A stretch of DNA of 64,000 nucleotides, taken from assembly GCA_000388065.2 (NCBI GenBank), contig KB932206.1. The stretch is one strand, 5' to 3'. The notes beneath the pieces were generated by a model that was not told the DNA's origin, made no database searches, and was given only the letters and a program-made list of their open reading frames with translations. Each line of letters starts with the position of its first letter. The first letter of the stretch is position 1. Position numbers and translations under genes: made by a program. Below are positions 37,871-48,608 of the stretch, piece after piece. This stretch comes from Fonticula alba ATCC 38817 (taxonomy: Eukaryota; Protista; Nucleariida).

Positions 37871-40800
37871 ATGGTGATGATGCTGAAGCTGGTGGTGATG
37901 GCCCCAGGGGGAGGCAGCTGGCTGTGAAGGGGGCTGTGGCTGCGGTGAGGAAGTCACCACCGCCTGCGACTGCGGGGCGGGCTGGGACACGGCCCCGGTG
38001 TTGACGGCCAGAAGGCCGGGGGTGAGGCCGGCGACCGGCGGCCGCGGTGGCCGCGGCCCGGGCCGGACAGCCACCGACGCGGCGGGGCCCGGTGGCAGGG
38101 GAGGACGCAAAGCGCCGGGACTCGAGACCACATGTCCCCCACCCGGCAGTGCTTGCTGCTGCTGCTGCTGCAGTAGATGGGCCGCCGGAGGCCGAGGCCG
38201 GGGCCGGGGCCGGACCGCGCCCGGAGCCGCCAGGGGAAGCCCAGCAGCCAAGGCGGCAGCCGTCACGGCACCCGGAGCCGGAGGCGTGGCACCGCGCGAT
38301 CCGGGAGCCGACCCGGGCCTGGCGGTCCCGGCACCTGGCGAGGATGCCACCATGGGCGAGGGGCTCCGGCCGCCCGGGTGATGAGGGCCGCCTGGCGTGA
38401 CCGGGCCCGCAGTGGAGCCAGGAGCGGAGGCGAGCCCGCGAGCGCCACCCGTCGAGGCGCTGAGATCCGACAGGGGAGCCGCCAGTGGGGCCACAGCAAA
38501 GACATTCGCCCCGGAGAAGAAGGACTTGCCCTTGAAGAGATCGAAGGTCTGGGGGGAGGCGTGTGCACGCACGCAGGCGAGAGTCATGGCCCGAGAGTGG
38601 CATGGCCATAAGCGCAAACCGTGGCAGAGGTGTCAGCATCGATGGGGCGCAAGAAAAGAAAGGGACAGGCCAAGGAAGGCCATTGGAGGCTGGGCGACAA
38701 AAAAAAAGGGAGGAGGGCGCACATCGGGGGGCATGCGGGAGCCCATGGCAGCATCACTGTCGGAGGCGGCATGGGTGTCATCGGCGCCGCCAATGGGCCC
38801 ATGGGCAAAGCCCCCGGCCGAGGGGAGATGCGGCGCGGGGTGCTCGGCCGAGGGGGTCCGGTGGTGGAAGGGAGGGGCCGGCTGCCGCTGATCGAGGGGG
38901 CTGACGCTTGGCCCGGGAGACCCATCCGAGGAGGGATGGACATCGTCGGCGCTCGGGGTGCCATGCTCGGCGTCCTGGTCCTCGGTGTGATCTTCCTCAT
39001 CCTCGTGGTCCTCGCTGGCCGAGTGATGCGAGAAGGAGGAGTCCAAATCACAGTCGTACTCGTCCGAGCACGAGTCCATATCCTTGTTGGGGGACGAGCA
39101 GGTCGAAGAGGAACACGGCGAGGGGGACAGATGCTGGAGGGCCGACGCGTCGCAACTCAACTTCTGGGGAGAGGTGTCTGAGGCGTGCGCGTGCGAAATT
39201 GTGTGTGTGTGTGTGTACGGGGAAGGGAGCCGCAAGAGGGAGGGGGTAAGTGAGGGGGGGGTCCTAATGAATTGCAGGAAGGGGGCGGCGGGCGGACGAA
39301 CCGGAACCGGCGCTGGTCGCACCACCTGTGAGAGTGGCCGAAGCGGTGGCCGCCGCCGAAAGGGTCGGCAGGGAGGCGGCCGCATTAATCGACAGGGATA
39401 CTGAAGCGTTGGCCCCGAGGGAGGCATTGGCCGGGGCGTCTGGCGGCGGAGCCGGCAAAACGCGTCCTTTGGAGTCGGGGCGCCTTTGGGCCGGGGAGGG
39501 GGGGGGGGGGAGGGCAGGGGGCCTGAGTCAGCGTGGTGCCAGAGGAAGGACCAGAGTGGCGGACGCGAAATGGGTGTGGCCCCGAGCCAGGGGGAGAGGC
39601 GAACGCACCAGGAGGAAACTCGGACACGCGTGTGGGTCGGCGGTCCAAAGGCAAGCTCGCCCCGGCTACCGGCCATCGGCAAACACAGGTCAGTACAGTC
39701 GCCCGGGCGTTGGGGAGGAGGAGGGGGAGGAGGAGAGGGGGGAAAAAGACCAGGGGCGGGGAGGGCGGAACGCACGCAGCCAGATCATCACCCATGACCA
39801 CCAGCCCTGGGGCCCACTCGATGGTTGTGGTGGAGGAGGAGTTGGCCGCCGCGATGGAGGCCAGCGGGGTCTTCGATTGGGAGGGCTCCTCATGAAGGTA
39901 GAGGCATTCGGAATTCTGGCACAGAAGCCCACGCAGGAACTGGTGACAGAACTTGGTCGTGCCGAGGGAGGCACTGTGTGTGTGTGTGTGTGTGTGTGTT
40001 TGTGTATGGGGTTGTGTGCGTGCACAGGAGGGCATGTGTGTGAGCGGGGGGAAGGAGTGGGCAGACAAAAAAAAAAGAATGCCAAGGGGGAGGGGAGGGC
40101 CACAGAAGAAGACCCGCAACGAAACACGAACCGGACCACACAGCCATCGATGGCCACGCCGTCGAGGGCGGCGATGCAGCGCCGCGCGGCGCGCGCATCC
40201 GAATAGGTGACATGCGCTGCCACGCGCTCCTCGGTGTTGTTGTAGGCCCCGGCGGCCGAACCGCCGGTGCTGCTGCCGGCGCCGACACCGCCGCCACTGG
40301 ATGGCCGAGCGCTCAACAGAAGCTTGGTGACCTTGCCGTAGCGACCCAGGAAGGAGGGACTCCGGAGGAGGGCGATAAATTCGTCCCCGGTGACCGGATC
40401 ACCACGGGGCGAGTTGTCGGCGGCTGCATGGCTGGCAGCGGCGGCCGCGGCCGTGGCCGAGGCAGCAGCACCGGGCGCGCTGCTGCTCGACGAGGCACCT
40501 CCAACGATGGAGCTCGGAGAGGGGGACCCATGGGCCGAGAGGGTGGGAGAGTGTGATGCCGAGGAGGCGGGTGGCCGATACAGCCGACTTGGGAGCCCGG
40601 CCACATAGACCAAGTGCGCCTGAACGACACGGGCCTGGGCGAGGGGTTTCCGCGCGGCCGCCAACTCGCGGGTTTCCCGCGGTGAGCGTTCCGAGGAGTG
40701 TGATGCAGCTGGGGGAGGAGGGAGGGAGGGGGGGAGGGTGAGAAAAGTGAACATCCCGCGGAGAGAGAGAGACAGAAACAGACAGACAAAGGACCAGGAC

Positions 40801-40977
40801 AAAGAGGCAAGGCAGGCAGAGGGCCGGGGAGGGGGGAGGCGCACCATTGTGCGAAGAAGAACCGCTTCCGCCGGCGTGGGACGAGGCGGCCGAGGGAGCG
40901 TGGCTAAAGGAGCTGTAGGTGCTAGAGGCTGACCGTCGGCCCCTGGTCCGACGACTGGAAGCCTGGGAGGGTGCCAT
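35111..40977 (-). CDS. NOT4: NOT4/CNOT4-like RRM + C3H1 zinc-finger protein with a very long low-complexity tail (polyQ/H/A); the 3' end is lost in the gap 34654-35110
   Basis: LAQARVVQAHLVYVAGLPSRL...LRSPSFLGRYGKVTKL...AAHVTYSDARAARRCIAALDGVAIDGCVVR|ASLGTTKFCHQFLRGLLCQNSECLYLHE closely follows the CNOT4 RRM and its GTTKYC..FL...C....C.YLHE finger. The downstream 3.4-kb exon is low-complexity, and some internal exon boundaries are approximate. Confidence 0.8.
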
Positions 40978-41662
40978 CAGGGAAGAGGCGGGGGACCGCT
41001 ATATGCGGCAGATTCTGCAGGTGCAGGCGAGTCAAACATGTGAGTGTGGTGTGCGTGTGCGTGTGTGTGTGTGTGTGTGTCTGTGTGCGTGCGCATGCGC
41101 GTGTGCGTGCGCGTGTGTTGGCGAGCAGGAAGCCCTTGGGCGTGTGCGTGTCGACGCGACAGGGGGCGGGAAGCAAGGGCCGGGAAGGAGGGCGTACAAT
41201 AGTGGCCGGAGCGCGGGGAGGGCCGGGCGAAGCAGCGGGCCGGCGAAGATCTTGCCGGTCGCGCGCGCGCGCACAGGAAAAGGAAAAGCCCCGGAGAAGG
41301 AGAGAGAGGGGGGCAGGGCAAACGAGGGCGCGGTGTTGGGAACGCCAGATGAAGTGGAGGAGGGCCAAACCGAGGAGGGAGGCCCAAATCCCGGGGGGAG
41401 AACCGGTGTATGGGGGAGAGGCGGGGAGGTGACGCCAAAGCGCGGCAGCGGGAAAATCGGACGCGACAGCGGGAGGAGTGGCGGGAGGGTGGGGAGGCAG
41501 GGAACCGGGTAGAGAAGAGCAGGGTGAAGGGTGGGATTTGGTGAGGAGGGGGAAGGGGAGGAGGAGGAGGAGGAGTCAGGGGGAGGTGGATGTGCGGGCT
41601 CGGGAGGCACTGCAAGTGCGGCAGGGAAACAAAAAGTATCCCTGTGTCATGATTAGTCCCGG

Positions 41663-41694
<32 letters not shown>

Positions 41695-42443
41695 CTTCTC
41701 TGCCTCGACCTCGGGCTTTGTTGGCATCAGCCTGAGGCCCACGGCTGCTGGCGTGCTTTCTCGCCATCGGGGGGTGCTTTCCCGCACCCTGGACATTGGA
41801 CGCGCGCCGGCGCGGACTGCTGCGAGTGGGGCCGAGGGGCCCTTGTCCGGCACACATGCGTCAGTTCGTGGCGATATTTGGCGTCGGCACCCCGGGCCGG
41901 ATGTGTGTCTGGGATTCGCGGCAGGCTGAGACCTGGGTAGGGGGCACGCGTGCGCGCAGGCTCCCCCCGATTGGGGGGCGGTTGGGCAGGAAAATCAGCG
42001 ACAAGGCCGCGTCTTGGTCGGGGGGCTCGCGCGCGCGCGCGCCAGTGCATCCAGGGGCGGGCCCCTGTCTGCACATGGGCGCATGGGCGCATGGACACGC
42101 ATGTGTGTGTGTGTGTGTATGTGTGCGAATGTGGGCCGGGGCGCTGGCATGTATCTCTCAACGGTGCGCTCGCGCTCCAGGCGACCCACCTCGGGCGCCA
42201 TGTAGAAACCGGAAGACGGGGCGCGCGGGAGCGCGTGCGCCCCGAGGCACCAGCATCGGCCGGAATAACCATGGGCCGGCCAGCGCGCCAAGGGCGAACC
42301 AGCCCCAGGCCCCGCCACACAGCGGCGACACACGAGCGGTGACCTAGAGGGAGATCCCGGCACTGTGGGGCCTCCAGAGGTGCGCCGCCCACCGAGAGCC
42401 CCCGGCTACGAGCCCAACAATAACGCCCTGCCAAAGGGAGGGG

Positions 42444-42475
<32 letters not shown>

Positions 42476-44636
42476 CTGTAGCCATGTGTGCGGGCCGACC
42501 GGGCTCGTGTGGGATTCCAACCAATGGGTCTGAGTGTCGGATGCGGCCCCCGTAGCCCCCCTACCCCCTCCCGCGAGCAGCCCCCCTCGGTGGGCCCCGG
42601 GCCACAGGGCAAGTGTGGCCGCCGCCCGCCGGCCACACGAGTGCTGGCCCCCCGGGGGGGGAGGGGGGCTTGGGCCCCCACCAGTGGCGGGTATGAGCAC
42701 GCCCGCGCTCATGCGCACCAGGAGGGGGGGGGGGCCCCGGGCCACGCGTGACGGGAAATCAGTCGAGCCAGCGCGCCTGCCCGGAGGAAAACTGTGGAAA
42801 GCCGTTCTCAGGGCGGCGCGGGAGCCGGGGGCCCGGTGGCGCCGGCTCCGCGCTACAGGCGCACGCACGCTTTCATTGAGACAGGCGGCTGACGCATCGC
42901 CAAATGGCCAATCAGGCCACACCGGCCCCGGCAGGAAAGAGGGGCCGGGGGAACGCGCGCGCGCACACAGACACACACACAGACACAAAGGACACGCACA
43001 CCCGGCCCGCACGGGCCGCGTGCGCCCGAAGACGGGGTTGAACCTACCAATCGGGCGCGCGACGGAGGTTGGCAAAAATCGATAGAGAAAATGAGCGCGG
43101 AGCGCGGGTCCACGAAAACCCTAGACCACGGTGGGTACAACCCTGCCAGCGCCGGCACCCGGTATTCCCACCCTCCCTGTGGCGAGTCGGGGAGACGCGA
43201 CCGCGGGGCCCGTGCCCCGGTCCGGCGGGGGACCGAGCCCGGCGAGGGGCGCTCGGAGGGGGGCGGGCAAGACCATGGGCAAGCGGCCTCGCCGCTCTTC
43301 GGACGGGCAGCCTGCAGTTGCGCCGCCCGCAGGGCAGGGTGCCACTGAAGGAGAATAAGATGCAGAGATAGACGGAGAGAGAGGGAGAGAAATGGAGAAA
43401 CAGGAAGGAGTCGAGATATTGGACAAGCCTGACACAGCGGGACTCATGCACCCGGGTGCCAACTCCCCCTGCACGCGCGCCCACCTCCGAGTGATAGGGT
43501 CAGACCTATTCTCCCGGAGACCGACATTTGCGTCGGAGGCCTCCACGCCCGGACGCGGGCCATGCGCACGCGGGCCCACGCCCGCACCCCCAGGCCAAGG
43601 GGGGGGGGGCCTGGAGCGCGCACCCACCGGCCCCTCCAGTGCTCTATCTGATGTTCCCCCCCCCCACACACACACACGCTCTTTTACCAGACCGGCTCCA
43701 TCCTGGCCAGAGCCCCGCCGGGGCCGTCTTCGACACCCGGGCGAAGCACTCTGTGGCCCGCCGCTGTCCTAAGGCTGGCGTGTGGCGCGTCCGATCTTCC
43801 CTTCCTGCTGACCTGGCGCTTCTGCGACCGCCGGGTCTTAGCCGGCGCGCAGACCGCCCGAGCGTCCCTTTGACGGAAAAGCACAGCCACCCCCCCACCC
43901 CCCTCCGCAGGCTGTGCTCTCGGGATCGGCTACCTCCCCCGGGTGGGCATGGGCACGGATAAGGGGTCGAGGGCCCGCTGCAAGCTGGGGGCGCTGTGTC
44001 TTCTCCTGTGCCAGTGGCGCATCGCCGGGGAGACCAGGGGCACCAGGTCTACGACCGTCTCACCGGCCATTCGCCGCGCGGATCTTGCTGGAAGGGAGAG
44101 GAAAAGAGAGAGAGAGAGAGAGAGAGAAAGTCTAATGGAAAAAGAAATATTAAAGATGTATTTTTGCCAACCGGGCAGAGGGGAGAGGACACAAACATAC
44201 GGCCTCTCTTTCTCCTTCTCTTTCTGCGGTACCCCGGCGGGGGGAGGAGGACAGGGGCAGGGGGCTACACACATGCACAGAGGCACATGCCCGCGGGCAA
44301 ACGGAGGAAGGAAAGGCGAGGGGGAGAGAGAGAAGTAGAGCAGTCCCGAAATGGCCAAGTGCATGCCGCCGCCGCGGCCAGCACAGCCAGGCACCGTGGG
44401 GCGATATGACACAATCTAAAAACACGCCAAGGGGCTAATATCGGCCCCGGCTCGCGGCGCGGCACACCTGGACACATCGGAAAGCTCACGGGGAGCCGCA
44501 GCAGCGGCATGGAAACAGCAAAAGCCCCAGACCGCCACGCAACAACGTGGCTACCGCAGCACCGCCATACCACCAGGGCAGGGACAGTGCCAGGAAAGAA
44601 GACAAAGAGGGGGGGGGGCAGAGGGGCGGAGGGGAC

Positions 44637-47549
44637 CTACTCATCCATGTCGTCAATGTGCACCAGATTCTTCATCTTGTAGGACTGCAGCTGCGAGTAG
44701 AGGGCCGCATTCTCGGCCAGCTCGGTGGGGATCTCATCCGAACCGGCGGCCGCCAGCTCCATCCGGCGGAGCACCGTCTGCCCAGTGGCCGAGAGCATCT
44801 CCTCCAGGCGCTTGGGCTTGGCCGGCCCGGCAGTGGAGTCCGGCCCGTGCTGATCACTGAACCAGCCCAGGTTGTCGGCCACCAGGTGCAAGTTCCGGCA
44901 GGACTCACATCGGGCAATGACCAAGCCGGATGTGTAGGCCTCCGGCGAGATGAACCGCACATTCTGGTGGCCACACTCGCGGTGGTCCTTCTTATCATTG
45001 GCATGGGTGGAAGGCTGCATCATGTAGTCCACAATGTCGGTGATGGGGACCTCCGCCGCACAGGTGTAGATCAGCAGCTGGGTACGGCCCTTTTCCACGG
45101 CCTTCGGCATGCGGGCCCGGATCTTGGCCAGGAGCTCGGCATTCACCGGCAGCGCACGGGCCTGCGACTCGCGCATGGTCTCCGGCGCCTCCGAGGTCAA
45201 GCCGCCCACCATCTCGGACCCGGGCCGGGACTCGGGCAGACGCAGGCGCACCTGGCCAAGAGCCTCCTCCTGGGCCTCGCGACGGAGGGCAGCCGCCTGA
45301 GCGGCACCCGGCGGCTGGGCCTTGAGCAGGGCCAACGGATCGGTGTTGATGATGGGAGTGGTCACGGAATGCCCGGCCAAGCCGATGTCATCGATGTCCT
45401 CATGATGATGGGCGCCCTCCAGCTGGCGCAGGCGCTCCACCGGATCCGGCACAATCTCCGGCGTCAGGGGCAGCCCGGCATTGTGCCGGACAATCGACTC
45501 CACCCCGGCCATGAAGCGCGACCGGTAGGACAAATCCACCGGGGGATCCGGAACCGGATACTCGCGCACCGTGTCATCATGGGCCGGGGTTTGGAAGAAC
45601 CCCGTCAGCATGAAGAGATTCAGGAAGACATCCACCGCCAGGACATTCTCATGATACTGCTTCTGGCGGAAGGTCACCTCCCGAAGGAAGGGACTTTTCG
45701 GCGAGTCGGGCTCCACCTCGTGCATTGGGTCATCGGTCAGGTCCTGCACCGTGGACATGTGGAAGGAGAAGTGATCCTCATCCGTTTCCACCGGGCGCGG
45801 GGCCGGGGCCGGGAAGTCCTTCGGCTCCGGGGCCGCCCACTCGGCCTCCGGCAGCAGCGGCAGCCGCGCCAGCGAGTTGATCTTGTTCACAGGGTGGGTC
45901 ATGGAACTCCGGTAGTCGCCGATCGAGTCCATGTCCTCGATCGGCGTGGCGGGAGCTCGCCAAACAGCCTCACGCCGAGCCGTGGCCTCGTCGGGCTGCT
46001 CCTCGTCCGGGCCGGGGACGGTGAAGGCCGACACGTCCGACTGAATGGCCGGCGGGATGGAAAAGTGCGGCACCGGCAGATCCGCCTCGGAGGGGTACGC
46101 CGCATCGATAGAGTCCAGCAATTCGTCGCCCGATTCGTCGTCGGACAAATCCACGTCCGAGAGGTTGTCATCATCCGGACGCAAGGGAGAGACCTCCAGG
46201 ATGGCGGCCATCGCCTCGATGCGATCAATCGGCCACTCTTCGGATGGGTGTGGTGGCGGCTCGGTGCCCGGCGGCAGCAAATTCTGGGGCTCGTGCGGCG
46301 TGGCCTGCAAGGTCTTCAAGCTGGCCGGGTCAAAGTCCCGGTCCGGGTGGATGGTCTCCATGCGTTCGACCGAGATGTTGGCAAAGAACATCGCGTGCCG
46401 GAGCAACTCCTCCGGCTCGGGGACCGAATTCTCCTCGTCGTCAAAACTGGCCGGGAACTCGGCGATGCGCCGGTGTGCCTCCTGATCGGCCAGCGTCATC
46501 GGCTGGGACTGATGCGATCGCAGAAGCTCGGCCGGGCTGCGCCGATCGGTCACCGGCTCGGCCTTGATGGCCTCCCGCCAATCGGCCGTATTCTCCATCA
46601 GATAGTCGAAAACGTCGCGCGGGGGAACGCCCAAGCCGCGGATGGTGTGCAACAAATGCGGGAAGTCCGCCTGCCATTGCTCGAAGCTGTTCTCATCGTA
46701 GCGGTGGAAGAAGTCCTTCAGGCTCATGGCGCGCGAAAATTCGACCAGCTGCTCGCGCGACAGCCCGGGGATGGATCGCACCAGCGTGGCAAAGCGATTG
46801 GGGTAGTCGCAGATTTCGAAAAACCGCTGAACCAACTGGTCCAGCGTGATGGAGGGATTCTCCCGGATCATGGCCTCCTCCATTTGGACCAGCTCGCTGT
46901 AGGAGTAGGGAATGTCGGTGGGGACATGGTGGTATTGCGGCTCCGAGGGCAGGAAGCTGGACAGTTGGTGCTTGCGCCCGTAGTCCGGGCTGCCATCCGG
47001 GTTGACTTCGAGATCGGCCTGGCTGGGGAAGATGCGCGGCACGACAAGGAAATCGTCCAACGTGGTGTGGCCCGGGCGGTAGTCCCTTTCCAGACACTGG
47101 TCCATGGTCATGGGTGGCGGCTGGCCGTCATTCTTCTCGCTGGCGATCTTGTTCAGCTTGTCCCACAGCACATCCTTCAGCTCATGGACAAACTGGATGT
47201 GGGCCTCGGAGCCCACTTCATACACGGAAGTCAAGGGCCGGTCCTCCGGCAGTGAAGCCATGTCCACCTTGGACCAGTCGACATTGGTGTTTCGCCCGGC
47301 CAGAAAAACCGGCGATGTGCCCGGGGCGTAGGGCGGACCCTTGTCGATGGATGCCTGCAGGGCGGCCGCCGCGGCTTCCTTCAACGTCGCCACCGGCTGG
47401 GGGGGGGGCTCGTTCTCCTTTTCATCACCGGAGGCCGTGGAGAAAGATGCGAAGGGGGAGAGGCGGCTGGACAGCCAAGACGACGGCCGGGACCGGAGGG
47501 CCGGCCTCAGCAAGGAGGAACCTGCTCCCCGGGAAATAATATGCAGCAT
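44637..47549 (-). CDS. Single-exon 970-aa mitochondrial protein with a C-terminal DNL-type zinc finger (Zim17/Hep1/DNLZ-like)
   Basis: An uninterrupted ORF with a presequence-like start (MLHIISRGAGSSLLRPALRSRPSSWLSSRLSPFASFST). The C-terminus reads LLIYTC...ECGHQNVRFISPEAYTSGLVIARCESCRNLHLVADNLGWF, the zf-DNL motif. Confidence 0.8.
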   Translation of the reverse strand: MLHIISRGAGSSLLRPALRSRPSSWLSSRLSPFASFSTASGDEKENEPPPQPVATLKEAAAAALQASIDKGPPYAPGTSPVFLAGRNTNVDWSKVDMASLPEDRPLTSVYEVGSEAHIQFVHELKDVLWDKLNKIASEKNDGQPPPMTMDQCLERDYRPGHTTLDDFLVVPRIFPSQADLEVNPDGSPDYGRKHQLSSFLPSEPQYHHVPTDIPYSYSELVQMEEAMIRENPSITLDQLVQRFFEICDYPNRFATLVRSIPGLSREQLVEFSRAMSLKDFFHRYDENSFEQWQADFPHLLHTIRGLGVPPRDVFDYLMENTADWREAIKAEPVTDRRSPAELLRSHQSQPMTLADQEAHRRIAEFPASFDDEENSVPEPEELLRHAMFFANISVERMETIHPDRDFDPASLKTLQATPHEPQNLLPPGTEPPPHPSEEWPIDRIEAMAAILEVSPLRPDDDNLSDVDLSDDESGDELLDSIDAAYPSEADLPVPHFSIPPAIQSDVSAFTVPGPDEEQPDEATARREAVWRAPATPIEDMDSIGDYRSSMTHPVNKINSLARLPLLPEAEWAAPEPKDFPAPAPRPVETDEDHFSFHMSTVQDLTDDPMHEVEPDSPKSPFLREVTFRQKQYHENVLAVDVFLNLFMLTGFFQTPAHDDTVREYPVPDPPVDLSYRSRFMAGVESIVRHNAGLPLTPEIVPDPVERLRQLEGAHHHEDIDDIGLAGHSVTTPIINTDPLALLKAQPPGAAQAAALRREAQEEALGQVRLRLPESRPGSEMVGGLTSEAPETMRESQARALPVNAELLAKIRARMPKAVEKGRTQLLIYTCAAEVPITDIVDYMMQPSTHANDKKDHRECGHQNVRFISPEAYTSGLVIARCESCRNLHLVADNLGWFSDQHGPDSTAGPAKPKRLEEMLSATGQTVLRRMELAAAGSDEIPTELAENAALYSQLQSYKMKNLVHIDDMDE

Positions 47550-48418
47550 AGGTTGGAAAAGCAGAAAGGGGTTGTCGAGGGAAAAAAAGAGGAGGGGGAG
47601 GGGTGGGAGAGGGAAGAGGGGAGGANNNNNNNNNNNNNNNNNNNNNNNNNNNNNNNNNNNNNNNNNNNNNNNNNNNNNNNNNNNNNNNGGGGGATCTACG
47701 TGTGTAGGAGCTGCCCACCAGCGGGGGTGGTCTTCAGTCCCGGTGTGGGCCTTATCACTCGGTCACCGCGCTCGCCGAGGGGGGCGATCTCCACGGGGGA
47801 GGCAAAGGGGGCCGACGTGGATCGCACACATTCACAGCATGTCCCGCTGGAAAGCCCCTGCACATGGCTGAAGCACAGAACCAACCCCCTCGCCCTTCCA
47901 AGCATCGCCAGCCCGAACGCCGGGAGACAGCTGCCCGTGCGGGCCGCCCCCCGCGCCCGGCGTGCGCCACGTTGGGCCGGATCGACCCCACATGCAGCAC
48001 GCCAAGAGGTGTTAGATGGGCCTGAACTCCGGGCGGAGACGAGGCGCGAACCCTCTCGAAGAGCGCCAAGCAGGCGGCCAGGAGGCAGGGCCCCGGGGCG
48101 GAGGGCGCGCGTGATGGCGTCACGTGCATGCTACATGGAAGCGTGATCCTGCCCGGCGAGTCGGGGAAAAGGCCGCCATCGGTTAGTCGGGCGATCCGCG
48201 ATCGGCCACACGCATCCCTCTCCCCCCTCCGCCCCCCGCCCCCTTCGCCGCACCTCTCGCCGGTGTTCTTTTTTTTTCCCCCGCCCTCCCCTCCGCTCGC
48301 GTGCCTGGCCTCCTTGTCTGCCTGCGGTCGCACCTCGCCCCGGGTACCGCGGCGCCTGTCGCCTCCCGCCCCCTCCTCTTTGGGCCGAATTCGCGCGCCC
48401 TCCTTTCCCCTCCCCCCG

Positions 48419-48492
<74 letters not shown>

Positions 48493-48608
48493 NNNNNNNN
48501 NNNNNNNNNNNNNNNNNNNNNNNNNNNNNNNNNNNNNNNNNNNNNNNNNNNNNNNNNNNNNNNNNNNNNNNNNNNNNNNCCCCCCTCGGCCAACTCGCGT
48601 GCGCCACA

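Noticed and set aside
35171-38639. Long + strand ORFs opposite the NOT4-like tail
   Set aside because: They are antisense shadows of low-complexity coding sequence.
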